Of a stretch of 51,337 bases of DNA, positions 17,289-26,968 are shown piece after piece. The stretch is from Candidatus Sulfotelmatobacter sp. (GTDB lineage: Bacteria > Acidobacteriota > Terriglobia > Terriglobales > Acidobacteriaceae), in the NCBI GenBank assembly GCA_049696955.1, contig JBAVUV010000801.1, positions 1 through 51,337 of the forward strand, in the 5' to 3' direction. The position numbers and the translations under genes are program-made. Below the pieces are notes generated by a model. The model did not search any database. It was given only the letters and a program-made list of their open reading frames with translations, and was not told the origin of the DNA. Within the stretch, counting starts at the first letter, position 1, and the number at the start of each line of letters is the position of its first letter.

Positions 17289-19604
17289 CTATCCGCGCAA
17301 CTCGGACAGGGCCTTACGGGCGTCGCTGTTGTTGGGATTGAGTTTTAACACGCGCTCCAGTTGTTGCCGTGCCTGGGCTGGCTGGTTGGCTTTCTGATAA
17401 GCGAGGGCCAGATGGTAGTGCACGGTCGGGTCGTCGGCCGCACCCCGCTTCTCATTGAGCCGTATGGACTCCTGGAACAAATCAATCGCGGACTTGTACA
17501 CACCTTTCTGGAAATACGCCCAACCCAAGGTGTCGGCTGCATTTGAGGAGTCAGGCATCCCGCGCCGCGCGGTCTGGGCCATGGCGAGAGCCACGTCCAC
17601 GTTGCCGCCCTGTTGCAACATCACGTATGCGAGATTGTTCGAGGCCAGTGGATTATCCGGCTGCACCTCCAGCGCCTTCTGATACATAGTCTTCGCATTG
17701 TTCCAGTCTTGTTGCGATTCATACATTTCGCCCGCGAGAATGTAGAAGGCAATCTCACGCGGGTGATCCTTGATCGACTGCTGATACAAAGCGAGAGCCT
17801 GGTCTACTGAGCCTTCCGCCGCCTGTACCTGGCCGAGCTTTAGAAGCGCATCCGAGTTATTCTTGTCGAGTTCGATCGCTTTGTGAAAGGCTGCGTCGGC
17901 GCCGCTCAGATCTTTTTTCTGAAACAGCACCGTGCCCATCAGATCGTAGAAAGCTCCCGTGCTGGGCGATTTGGCGATTTGTGTGCGCGCCGCAGCCACC
18001 GCCTGATCGGGTTGCTTCTGCAGCAGATAGACGTTCATGATTCCTTGCAGCGCCTCGGTGGAGGTTGGATCTTTATCCAGTGCCTCCTGATAAAACTTGA
18101 TTGCTTCCGAATATTGTTTTTCCATCCCGTGAAGATTGCCCATTTGCACGTAAGGAGCCACACTTCGCGGAGACATCCCCATAACTTTAGTGAGGTCCTG
18201 CTCGGCGTCAGAATATTTCTGGCGATTCATCTCCGCCACCGCGCGCATGAGATAGCCATCGGGAGACTCAGGGGCGCCGGTAATGATTTGTTCTGCGGTT
18301 TGGCTGAGAGCATTCATATCCCCGCGGCGCATCTCCAGGCCAGCCAGAGCGCGTTGTGCGTCCGCTAGACCAGGGCGGAGGCGCACGGCTTCGCGCCACT
18401 CCGATTCTGCGCGCGCATCATTGTGCTGCATATCGAAGGCGAGGCCCAGGTGATAATGAGCGACAGCGTTGCTGGGATCGTTCGAGAGCGCCTGCTGCAA
18501 AGCATCCACGGCACCGCTCGCGTCAGTCTGCCGCAAATCTATCTGGGCGCGATAGATCAGCGCATCGACGTCATGCGGATTCGTCTTTAACAGTTCATTA
18601 TTAAGTTTGGTGGCTTCCGGCAGTTGGTTTTTCAAGATCAAAAGCTGGACGTAGTTCCGCTTTACCTGCACGTCCCTGGGATGATCGCCATACAGCGACC
18701 CGTACTCCGCCGTGGCTCTGTCCAGATCGCCGTTGGCAAAATAAAAATCGCCGAGCATGCGGTAGCCTTCGGAATTATTCGAGAGATCGATTTTTGCCTG
18801 TTTCAGTAAAGCTTCCGCCTCGGTCTTCTTGCCTTCGGACATATACATCCGTACCAGCGCTTCGCGCGGGGAAGGATCCTTGGGAGCGAGTTCAATGGCG
18901 TGTTTGAATTGCTGTTCGGCTTCGGGGATGCGGTTGCGCGACTGGTAAAAGCCTCCCAGAGCCAGCTGCGCATTCATCGCCTTGGGATCAAGATTGGCGG
19001 CTTTCTTAAAGCTTGCCTCGGCCTGATCGATCTGGTTTGAGCGCAGTTGCAGAAGCGCCAGATTCAGATAGGATTCCGATCGATGGGGATCGATGGCGAT
19101 CGCTTTTTGCATCTCCTGCAATGCCGCAGCCACGTTGTTTTGCGCCGCATAGTAGTCTGCCCAGGCCTCGAAGACCTCGGGATTCTGCGGCTGCTTTTCG
19201 TGCAGAAGGTCGAGATGAACGCGTGCCTGTTTCAGATAATCCTGATTGGAGGAGCCATCCGGGTTTCGCGCCGTGACCAGGAGATTGGCCAGATCGATGT
19301 GGGCGCGGTAATTATCTGGAGCCAGTTCGACGGTCCGCGAGAGTTCTTGAAAGGCGTGGGCGCTGTCGCCGAGTTTGAGATAGGTTTGCCCGAGCTGATA
19401 ATGCGCCTGGGCGAAACGGGAATCGATCTGAACTGCATTGGCGTATTGGATGGCAGCTTCGCGGTATTTTCCCTGGGCGAAATAGCGGTCGCCACTCTCC
19501 ACATACTTTTGCTTACGCACGTTGGGATCGCGCGAACATCCCGTGAACAGGGCGGTAATGAGAAATCCGACGAGACAAAGGCGGACGATTACGGAGCGGC
19601 TCAT
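17289..19604 (-). CDS. TPR-repeat lipoprotein (771 aa)
   Basis: Lipobox LFTGC|SRD at the N-terminus, then roughly 20 TPR-like 34-aa repeats (A..Y.LG..Y...G....A...F..A..L.P). Confidence 0.85.
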   Translation of the reverse strand: MSRSVIVRLCLVGFLITALFTGCSRDPNVRKQKYVESGDRYFAQGKYREAAIQYANAVQIDSRFAQAHYQLGQTYLKLGDSAHAFQELSRTVELAPDNYRAHIDLANLLVTARNPDGSSNQDYLKQARVHLDLLHEKQPQNPEVFEAWADYYAAQNNVAAALQEMQKAIAIDPHRSESYLNLALLQLRSNQIDQAEASFKKAANLDPKAMNAQLALGGFYQSRNRIPEAEQQFKHAIELAPKDPSPREALVRMYMSEGKKTEAEALLKQAKIDLSNNSEGYRMLGDFYFANGDLDRATAEYGSLYGDHPRDVQVKRNYVQLLILKNQLPEATKLNNELLKTNPHDVDALIYRAQIDLRQTDASGAVDALQQALSNDPSNAVAHYHLGLAFDMQHNDARAESEWREAVRLRPGLADAQRALAGLEMRRGDMNALSQTAEQIITGAPESPDGYLMRAVAEMNRQKYSDAEQDLTKVMGMSPRSVAPYVQMGNLHGMEKQYSEAIKFYQEALDKDPTSTEALQGIMNVYLLQKQPDQAVAAARTQIAKSPSTGAFYDLMGTVLFQKKDLSGADAAFHKAIELDKNNSDALLKLGQVQAAEGSVDQALALYQQSIKDHPREIAFYILAGEMYESQQDWNNAKTMYQKALEVQPDNPLASNNLAYVMLQQGGNVDVALAMAQTARRGMPDSSNAADTLGWAYFQKGVYKSAIDLFQESIRLNEKRGAADDPTVHYHLALAYQKANQPAQARQQLERVLKLNPNNSDARKALSELRG

Positions 19605-19793
19605 GTTTTCTCCAAGGCAGGCGCGAATGCGCAGACGATTACGAACTTCGGGACACTACACCAAGGTACTGCAATCCGGGGTGTAAATAAAGTTACTGCC
19701 GTCATACCAGGGGATTATGAGACGGCTGTCGCTGAACCTATATTTCAGATCCTCGGATCGGATTGCTTGGGGACCCTTGGATGTCAGGAAAGC

Positions 19794-20072
19794 TCACGCG
19801 CGTGAATTAGAAACCGATGCCCTAGGTGCGGGCGAGCCGCGCAATAAGCCTTCGGTGCTGAGATCCTCGTCTACGTCTGGCCAGTACAAACCATACCCTC
19901 CCCCAGCAAGTTTCCAGTTCTGACGTTGCAAGGGCGTGGCATTCAGTAAGCGGGGGTACCATACGAGCGGTACGGTTATAATCCGGCCGTCGCGCAGCGA
20001 GACACTGAGAGCATCGTCGCTGAACTCAACGCTCAAAACCCGCTCATCGGCCGTCGACGCCAAAAAATTCAT
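19794..20072 (-). CDS. DUF2442 domain protein
   Basis: VLSVEFSDDALSVSLRDGRIITVPLVWYPRLLNATPLQRQNWKLAGGGYGLYWPDVDEDLSTEGLL matches the DUF2442 pattern. Overlaps the end of the upstream DUF4160 reading frame. Confidence 0.7.
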   Translation of the reverse strand: MNFLASTADERVLSVEFSDDALSVSLRDGRIITVPLVWYPRLLNATPLQRQNWKLAGGGYGLYWPDVDEDLSTEGLLRGSPAPRASVSNSRA

Positions 20073-20290
20073 TCCAAGTCTCCAGAAGGTGCGTCTTATG
20101 TTCCGTCACGAGTAATTGTATCTCGCGGAGTTCATGAGCACGAACACCCAAAGTTTGCAGCCAATTGGACCGGGTTGAGCCAGAACTTAGCGGAAGCGTC
20201 ATCGCGATCGATGTGAATATGCGCCGGCTCATTTGCTTCGTGACTATAGAAATAGAATCGATATGGGCCGAATCGAAGCGCCGTCGGCAT
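20044..20290 (-). pseudogene. DUF4160 family gene interrupted by a +1 frameshift
   Basis: From ATG (rc of 20288-20290) one frame gives MPTALRFGPYRFYFYSHEANEPAHIHIDRDDASAKFWLNPVQLAANFG, then CSCS-stop at 20132. The rest of the domain (VRAHELREIQLLVTEHKTHLLETWNEFFG) is in the frame of track ORF 20044..20232. The junction is at the tttgggtgtt run, ~20145-20152. Confidence 0.6.
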
Positions 20291-20319
20291 GCGCGAGATT
20301 GTATCAGTTAGCCCTTCAC

Positions 20320-21807
20320 TTATTGCAATGTGTGGCTGGATGGCCCGGAGGTAGAGGCCCCGGTGATGTTGTAACGTTTTAGTTTGCGGTAGAGGGTGGC
20401 GCGGCTGATACCGAGCATGCGTCCGGCGAGAGCTTTGTCGCCTTTGACTTGTTCGAAGACACGCTGGATGGTGGCGCGTTCAATATCTTCCAGATCAGTT
20501 GTGGAGAGCGGGGCTGTGGCCGCTGCATCGCTCGAATTCAATTCCGCGCCTGCCGCGAGATCGGACGCCAATGCAGAATCGGATTGCGTTGCGGTTCGAG
20601 AGCTTGGTGAATCGAGGGCGGCGATGGATGGAGGAAGATCACCGAGATCGATAAGAGTTCCGTCGCCCAGAGCGACGGCCCGCTCGATGCAGTTTTCCAG
20701 TTCGCGCACATTTCCTGGCCAGTCATAATTCATCAGAACTTTCATGGCGGTGTTGGACACGCGCAGATCGGCGCCAGGCGCATAACGTTCGCAAAACCAC
20801 TGCACCAGCATAGGGATATCGCTACGGCGCTCACGCAAGGCAGGCACGTGTACGGTGACTACGTTGAGGCGGAAGTAAAGATCTTTGCGGAAGGTCCCAT
20901 TCTTGTAGGCCGCTTCGAGATCGCGGTTGGTGGCGGCGATGATGCGCACGTCCACCTTGACGCGCTGGTTGCTGCCGACGGGACGGATTTCTTTTTCCTG
21001 CAACACGCGCAACAGCTTGGCTTGCAACTCGAGCGGAAGTTCGCCGATCTCATCGAGAAAGACCGAACCGGTATCGGCGGATTGAAAAAGTCCCTGCTTG
21101 GATTTGAGCGCGCCGGTGAAGGCTCCTTTTTCATAGCCGAAGAGTTCGCTCTCGATCAGAGTAGGTACGAGCGAGCCGCAATCGACGGCGACGAACGGGC
21201 GGTTGGCGAAGGCTCCGCGGTAATGAATCGCCCGGGCGATCAGTTCTTTGCCAGTGCCGCTTTCGCCGGAAATGAGGACCGAAGTCCGCGTGTCTTTCAG
21301 GCGCGAAGCCACGCGTAACACTTCCTGGATCTTGGCGGAGGCGCCGATGATGCCGTGGACGGCGGTTTCGGAATCCATCCGCTGGCGGAGGAATTCGTTT
21401 TCCTCGACCAGGCGGATTTTTTCCGCCATGCGACGCAGAAACAACCGTAATTCTTCGAGTGGAGAAAACGGTTTGGTGATGTAGTCGTAAGCGCCCAGGC
21501 GCATGGACTGTACGGCGGTTTCGATGGAGCCGTGTCCGGTCATGAGGGCGACTTCGGTGCGGGGCAGAGATTTCTTCACTCTCTCCAGAAATTCAAGGCC
21601 CGACATGTGCGGCATGACCATGTCACTGAGGATCATGTGAACAGGCTGCTCTTCGAGCAGAGCCAGCGCCGATTCCCCGCTATCTGCTTCGAGACAGATG
21701 AAGCCCAGGGCTTCGCCCACGGTCATGCATAGCTTGCGGATGCTCTGCTCATCGTCGACCACCAGCAGCCGGATGCGAAGTTCTTCTTTTCCGAGGGGAG
21801 GATTCAC
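20320..21807 (-). CDS. Sigma-54-dependent response regulator (REC-AAA+-Fis HTH, NtrC family)
   Basis: REC (LLVVDDEQ...MILSDMVMPHMSG), GESGTGKELIARAIH, ESELFGYEKGAFTGA, HTH GDKALAGRMLGISRATLYRKLK. Confidence 0.9.
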   Translation of the reverse strand: MNPPLGKEELRIRLLVVDDEQSIRKLCMTVGEALGFICLEADSGESALALLEEQPVHMILSDMVMPHMSGLEFLERVKKSLPRTEVALMTGHGSIETAVQSMRLGAYDYITKPFSPLEELRLFLRRMAEKIRLVEENEFLRQRMDSETAVHGIIGASAKIQEVLRVASRLKDTRTSVLISGESGTGKELIARAIHYRGAFANRPFVAVDCGSLVPTLIESELFGYEKGAFTGALKSKQGLFQSADTGSVFLDEIGELPLELQAKLLRVLQEKEIRPVGSNQRVKVDVRIIAATNRDLEAAYKNGTFRKDLYFRLNVVTVHVPALRERRSDIPMLVQWFCERYAPGADLRVSNTAMKVLMNYDWPGNVRELENCIERAVALGDGTLIDLGDLPPSIAALDSPSSRTATQSDSALASDLAAGAELNSSDAAATAPLSTTDLEDIERATIQRVFEQVKGDKALAGRMLGISRATLYRKLKRYNITGASTSGPSSHTLQ

Positions 21808-22205
21808 CGGGCTTTCCCCATAGTTTTTTCGACAGCAGAAATCAGGTCCTGAACACGAAAAGGCTTCTCGAGGTAGAGCGCGCCAATCTTGCGCAGGGTG
21901 ATTACGGTTTCTTCGTTGGCATAGTCTCCGGTGATGATCACTACTCGGTCGATCAGATCGGGGCGGTTGGCGGAAATCCAGGAATGAACCTGAGCGCCAT
22001 CGACGCCGCCGGGCGTGCGCATATCGGAGACTACGCCAAGGTACTGGCCTTTCTCCAGCAGACGCAGAGCTTCGGCGCCCGATTCGATGCAGACGACTTC
22101 ATATCCATTGCGCTCGAGAGTGGCGCTTACCAGAGCCATGATGGAAGGTTCGTCCTCGATGAGAAGAACCGGGAGTGTGGTGGGATGGACGGTTGCGCTT
22201 GTCAT
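21804..22205 (-). CDS. Single-domain response regulator receiver
   Basis: VLLIEDEPSI...VVSDMRTPGGVDG...LEKPF receiver pattern. Has 4-nt overlaps with both neighbouring genes. Confidence 0.85.
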   Translation of the reverse strand: MTSATVHPTTLPVLLIEDEPSIMALVSATLERNGYEVVCIESGAEALRLLEKGQYLGVVSDMRTPGGVDGAQVHSWISANRPDLIDRVVIITGDYANEETVITLRKIGALYLEKPFRVQDLISAVEKTMGKAR

Positions 22206-25200
22206 TTTTGTAGAACTCCTGCGGCCACACCCAGAGAAGCGGTGTGGGGCGCTGCGGGAAAGCGGACGATGAAGGTGGCTCCCTGCCCGTCGCTATTGTT
22301 GTGGCAGAGAATTTCTCCCCCATGCTCCTTCACAATGCCGTAGCAGATGCTGAGGCCGAGGCCGGTTCCCTTGCCAACCTCTTTGGTGGTGAAGAAGGGA
22401 TCGAAGATGCGGTCGGGATGGGAGATGCCGTAGCCATTATCGCGAAAAGAAATTTCGACTGCGTTGCCGGCTTTGGTGGTCGCGATTTCGATGCGAGCAG
22501 GCCGGCCGATCTCGTGTACGGCATCGTAAGCATTGTTCAGGATGTTAAGAAAAACCTGCTGCAGTTGATGAGCATCGCCGTTAACATCGGGAATTCCCTC
22601 GTCGAGGTGTTCGACAATGTCGACGCCGTGGCTGTTGAAGTCATAGGAACGGAGTTGAATGGTGCGGCGAAGAATCAGATTCAATTGGACGGCATTGCGT
22701 TGCGGCGGCATCTGGCGGGCGAAGCTGAGCAAATTCTGGACGATCTGTTTGGTGCGCTGAGCTTCCTGCAGAATGACGCGCAGGTCTTTGCGGGCTGTTT
22801 CTGGAAGATCGGGGTTTTCCAGCAGTAGATCGGCGAAGCCGAGGATTGCCGTTAAAGGATTATTTACTTCGTGAGCGACGCCGGAGACGAGTTGTCCAAC
22901 GGCGGCCATTTTTTCGGCGTGAACCAGTTTGCCTCGAAGTTCAGCGGAATCGGTGATGTCGGTCATGACGACGACGATGCTGTTAATGTTCTTCTGCTCG
23001 TCGCGCATGGGGCTGAGGTTAACGGAGAACTGGCCCGCCTGACCGTTGCCGCGCATGATTTGCAGTTCCAAGTTGTCGACTTGTCCGCCGAGAAGGATGG
23101 TCTGCAGTGCTTCCGCAAGTGGACGGACGTAGCCCGGGGCTGCCAACTCGAGCAAGGGACGACCCAAGAGTTCACGTTGTTCGAAGCCGGCTTCGTACCA
23201 GCGGCGATTGGCATAGCTGATAAGGCCCGCGGTGTCAGAAACCAGGATCAGACTCTGCGTGTTGCTGAGAATCTTGCCGGAGAAGTCCCGTTCGCGTTGC
23301 AGTTCCGATTGATAAGTGTGCAGGCCGGTCACATCCAGCATGAGGCCGCGAATCTGCAGCAGGCGTCCAAGACTGTCGTACATACCGAAGGCATTGATGA
23401 GAACGTAGATGGGAGAGCCGTTCTTGCGGCGAAGCGTGGCCTCAACGTTCCGCATGTGGCCGTTTTCTTCCATGGCCTGGCTGTGCAACAAGCGCTGCTC
23501 AGGAGTGAAATAGATCTGGGTGGGAATATCCACTTGCAAAAGTTCATCCCGGCTGGCGTACCCCAACATGGCGACCAGCGCGTCGTTTACTTCGATGAAT
23601 CGTCCTTCGGGCGTGCTGAAGAAAAGTCCTTCCTGAATGTTGTCAAACAATTCGCGATAACGGCGCTCGGCTTCGCGGCGGTCGGTGATGTCCTTCAGTA
23701 CATGGATAGTTTGCAGGCCTTCACCGGCGGCCCCGTGAACCCGGGAAGTTGAAACCAGATAGGTTCGGTCGAGCGCGGGATGAACGTATTCGTCCGCATC
23801 TTCATCAACGGACCTGCAAAACGGGCACGAATAGAGCGTGGATTCGCTGGTGAGCGCCAGCAGGGCGCGCATGTTAACCCCGATCAGTTCATTGGGAGTA
23901 ACACCGATCATGGCGGCCAGAGAGCGGTTCACGCGCAGAACCTTGTCCATCTCATCGTGGACGACAATCAGGTCAGTAATCGCGTCAAAAATTTCCAGCC
24001 AATGCCGGTTGGCTTGTTCCACGCGCGTGAACAGACGGGCGTTATCCAGGGCCATGGCGGCATGACCGGCGACGGCCTCGATCAGTTCACGATCTTCCGA
24101 CGCCAGTGGCCGGGAACGGCCAGAGAGGCATAGCAAGCCCGCGAGTTCTCCGTTGGAACCCGGCAGGCGAACCACCACGCAGTCGCTCCAGCGCAAATCC
24201 GACGCCAACTCCGGGCCGAGAAGATCGGACGCGGTACCGGAAACGATGGTCTCCACGTGCCGGCCAGCCAACTCGGCAACTGCTCGCGCGAAGCGCTGTT
24301 GCAGTGCTTGGTCGTCCGGGCGGGTGCGGGCTTCTACAGAGTGGACATCGTAGTGCGGAGGCTGTGACTCCTGTCCACTATGAGAGGGATTATCTGTGTG
24401 AGGAGCTTCAGGTTGCTGCTGATTGCTTGGTCCGGAACGAAGAGATTCAGCTTGCAGCGACCCCATCTGTGACGAGGTGGTTTGAGGAGCAGCCGACAGC
24501 GGATACAGCGCAACTGTCTGAAACCGTCCCTCCTGAAATAAAGCCAGCGCTCCGGCTCGCGCGCCGGTGAGTTCGATGGCGCGATCGACAAACTTGCGGG
24601 CGAAATCGGGCAACCGCAGGATGCCATCAATCTCACGCGCGAGCTGAATCAACACATCGGATCGCCGGCGGTTGAGTTCCGATTGGTGCAGGTTGCGGGC
24701 AACTTCGAGGACCACCGAAACCTGGGCAGCCAGGGCGCGGGCGCGGCGCACATCCTCGCGGGAAATGCCAGTATCGTCGAGACGATCGAGTACGCCGAAC
24801 ATTCCCAGGACGCTGCCTTCAGCGCTGAGCAAAGGCACGGCGAGCAACTGCCGGGCCTTATATCGGGTGATGGCAGGCAGATTGACGCCGGCTTCCTGGC
24901 TCAGATCGTCGGACCAGAAAACTTCCTTTGCGCGTAATGCGCGCGTGGCGATGCCTTCGGGGAAAATGTTATCGACGCGCTCCGGCTGGCCGCGGGTAAC
25001 GCTATGCCGGATGCGAAACTGTTCGTCCTCAAGGAGCGCAATGAAGCACCGCCCAAATCCCAGAAAATCCGATGCGCGAACCACGAAGGCCTGAAGGAAA
25101 TGATCGAGATCGCCGCTGGAACTCAGTTCGGAGGAAATCTCGAGTAACTGGTGCAGTTCGCGGGCCTGCCCCTGCGCCGTGGAACAAAGTTCGGCATGCG

Positions 25201-25885
25201 CTAGCGCGACCGCTCCAAAGCCGGCGATGACGGAGACCAGCGATTTCTCTTCTGCGGTGAAGCTGCCAACCGATCGGGGATAGACAAGGATTGCTCCCTC
25301 GGTGCGCGAAGTGCGGAACGGAGCGGCGATCAGCATTCCGGACGAGATCACGCTGCCGAGCGAGTGTTGATCGCCGCTCACCGAGATGGTGATGGTCTCG
25401 CCGGCGGAAACGGCGCGTTGCGCCAGATCGGCGGCAAAGCGAATGGTTTGCCGGTCATGGCGAGCCCGGAAAGAAGTCGCCAGTTGAGTGGTTTCGGCGG
25501 AGACGGCGCGCAATTCAAACGGTCCCTCGCGGCGCAGGAGAATCGAAACCAGACGAGTGCGCAGCAGCAGACGCAAACGGTCGGCCAGGGCTTCAATCAC
25601 CGTGTCGACGTCTGGAGTTCCATGCAATGCTGTGGCTACCTCAGCCAGCACTTCGGCGCGGCGGTGCTCCTCGCGCGAAACCTCGGCCATCCGTGTCGCT
25701 TCCAGCAGGCTGCCCAATTGTCCCGCCAGGATGGTGGCCTTGGCGGAGAGGTCTTCATCGAAAAAGTCGTCCTCGGAATCATGTAAGAACGTCAGCGCGC
25801 CGATGACTTCATCGAAGACCACCAAAGGAGCACCCATGAGCGAGCGGGCACCAAATTCCTGTAGCGCAGGGACCGAAGACTGCAC
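22202..25885 (-). CDS. Multi-GAF / multi-PAS sensor histidine kinase (at least 1227 aa; true N-terminus probably upstream, see findings)
   Basis: Several GAF-like segments, PAS segments (ITDRREAERRYRELFDNIQEGLFF..., SELQRERDFSGKILSNTQSLILV...), H-box VAHEVNNPLTAILGFADLL, HATPase boxes NLLNNAYDA, DNGYGI, GTGLGLSICYG. Confidence 0.85.
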   Translation of the reverse strand: MQSSVPALQEFGARSLMGAPLVVFDEVIGALTFLHDSEDDFFDEDLSAKATILAGQLGSLLEATRMAEVSREEHRRAEVLAEVATALHGTPDVDTVIEALADRLRLLLRTRLVSILLRREGPFELRAVSAETTQLATSFRARHDRQTIRFAADLAQRAVSAGETITISVSGDQHSLGSVISSGMLIAAPFRTSRTEGAILVYPRSVGSFTAEEKSLVSVIAGFGAVALAHAELCSTAQGQARELHQLLEISSELSSSGDLDHFLQAFVVRASDFLGFGRCFIALLEDEQFRIRHSVTRGQPERVDNIFPEGIATRALRAKEVFWSDDLSQEAGVNLPAITRYKARQLLAVPLLSAEGSVLGMFGVLDRLDDTGISREDVRRARALAAQVSVVLEVARNLHQSELNRRRSDVLIQLAREIDGILRLPDFARKFVDRAIELTGARAGALALFQEGRFQTVALYPLSAAPQTTSSQMGSLQAESLRSGPSNQQQPEAPHTDNPSHSGQESQPPHYDVHSVEARTRPDDQALQQRFARAVAELAGRHVETIVSGTASDLLGPELASDLRWSDCVVVRLPGSNGELAGLLCLSGRSRPLASEDRELIEAVAGHAAMALDNARLFTRVEQANRHWLEIFDAITDLIVVHDEMDKVLRVNRSLAAMIGVTPNELIGVNMRALLALTSESTLYSCPFCRSVDEDADEYVHPALDRTYLVSTSRVHGAAGEGLQTIHVLKDITDRREAERRYRELFDNIQEGLFFSTPEGRFIEVNDALVAMLGYASRDELLQVDIPTQIYFTPEQRLLHSQAMEENGHMRNVEATLRRKNGSPIYVLINAFGMYDSLGRLLQIRGLMLDVTGLHTYQSELQRERDFSGKILSNTQSLILVSDTAGLISYANRRWYEAGFEQRELLGRPLLELAAPGYVRPLAEALQTILLGGQVDNLELQIMRGNGQAGQFSVNLSPMRDEQKNINSIVVVMTDITDSAELRGKLVHAEKMAAVGQLVSGVAHEVNNPLTAILGFADLLLENPDLPETARKDLRVILQEAQRTKQIVQNLLSFARQMPPQRNAVQLNLILRRTIQLRSYDFNSHGVDIVEHLDEGIPDVNGDAHQLQQVFLNILNNAYDAVHEIGRPARIEIATTKAGNAVEISFRDNGYGISHPDRIFDPFFTTKEVGKGTGLGLSICYGIVKEHGGEILCHNNSDGQGATFIVRFPAAPHTASLGVAAGVLQK

Positions 25886-26541
25886 GTGGTTGGCGAAAGT
25901 TGTGCGGCGGGAACGGACTGCGTCGGCAGTGACTGCGCTTTGTTGGGGAAGCAGACGGAGTCCGATGAAACGCTCGGCCAGTTTGCCGTCCGCCTGTTCC
26001 CCTACGAGTTCATTTCCGGTATGACGCCTCCAGAAATAGACTCCGGAGCACTGAAAGAATTCGCGGGTGATCCGGCAGAAAAGTTGAATCAGGGAATTTG
26101 GATCGGAGCGTTCCGCCGCTTTCTGGGCGATGCGCAGAAGGAGGTTCTGAAAGGCAATGTCGGAGTCGATGTGGATCCGCCCGGGAGGGCGCTCCTCCGG
26201 TGGCGAAGTCGAATTGCTTCCAACTATGTTCAGAACGTCACCGCGTGCCGAAGGATTTAGTGATTCTCACAAGTGATTGAATCTAATGGAAAAATACCCC
26301 GCCATCTCATTTTGAGTCAAGTGAAATGGGGGAACGGGGTGCCTAAGTGTGAAATCCCGAGAATAACGGAGGTGTGTCTCTCAGTTTGAGAAAGCTGCTC
26401 GGCAAAGCCAATCCCGTCGCTTGGAATGAGACGGAGCTAATGTTCATCCCAGGTTGGGAGCGGAGTCGATAGCCCGGGCTAAGTCTTTATTTCATAGCCA
26501 AATCCGCAGAAGTGACTTTGGTTTTTTCGAAATGTCACGCG

Positions 26542-26557
26542 TGGCCCCGGCTTTGCT
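26542..26557 (+). promoter_or_regulatory. Candidate sigma-54 (-24/-12) promoter upstream of the TonB_C gene and chemosensory operon
   Basis: TGGCCC-cggct-TTGCT, with GG (26543-44) and GC (26555-56) separated by exactly 10 nt. The -12 element matches the consensus TTGCW fully. It lies 37 nt upstream of GTG 26594, which has gggagga as a Shine-Dalgarno element. Inverted repeat gtgac-N17-gtcac (26512-26538) is immediately upstream. Confidence 0.55.
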
Positions 26558-26593
26558 CGAAAGGGACTGCCAGGAATATTACCGGGAGGAACT

Positions 26594-26938
26594 GTGTCTT
26601 TGCGACGGATGGGGACGTTGTGGGCAGTACTTACGTTATTGGCTGCAGTGGGGACGTTCGGAGTGCGTGCGCAGAACAACGACAACGAAATTGTGCGGCG
26701 GGCGAAGACTCGAGTGCAGCCCGAGTATCCGGAGTTGGCGCGCAAGATGAATATCACTGGGACGGTAAAGGTACAAGTGGTGGTTTCGCCTAACGGGACG
26801 GTGAAAGACGCAAAGGTTGTAGGAGGTCATCCGGTGCTGGCGGGCGCGGCGCTGGACGCGGTCAGGAAGTGGCGCTTTGAGCCGGCATCGGGAGAGAGCA
26901 CAGGCGTAGTGGATTTCAAGTTTGAACCTCATCAGTAG
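26594..26938 (+). CDS. Secreted stand-alone TonB C-terminal domain protein
   Basis: Signal peptide MSLRRMGTLWAVLTLLAAVGTFGVRAQ, then PEYPELARKMNITGTVKVQVVVSPNGTVKDAKVVGGHPVLAGAALDAVRKWRFEP (TonB_C fold signature). It has no TM anchor or Pro-rich spacer. Confidence 0.7.
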   Translation: MSLRRMGTLWAVLTLLAAVGTFGVRAQNNDNEIVRRAKTRVQPEYPELARKMNITGTVKVQVVVSPNGTVKDAKVVGGHPVLAGAALDAVRKWRFEPASGESTGVVDFKFEPHQ

Positions 26939-26968
26939 CGGGAAGACAGGCGGCCGGGAGGAAACGGC

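Noticed and set aside
17289-19604. Possibility that the TPR lipoprotein is PrsT of a PEP-CTERM/exosortase system, with neighbouring PrsK/PrsR-like regulators.
   Set aside because: There is no exosortase gene, no PEP-CTERM-tailed protein and no EPS genes in the window. The giant protein's C-terminus lacks a PEP motif. TPR architecture alone is not diagnostic.
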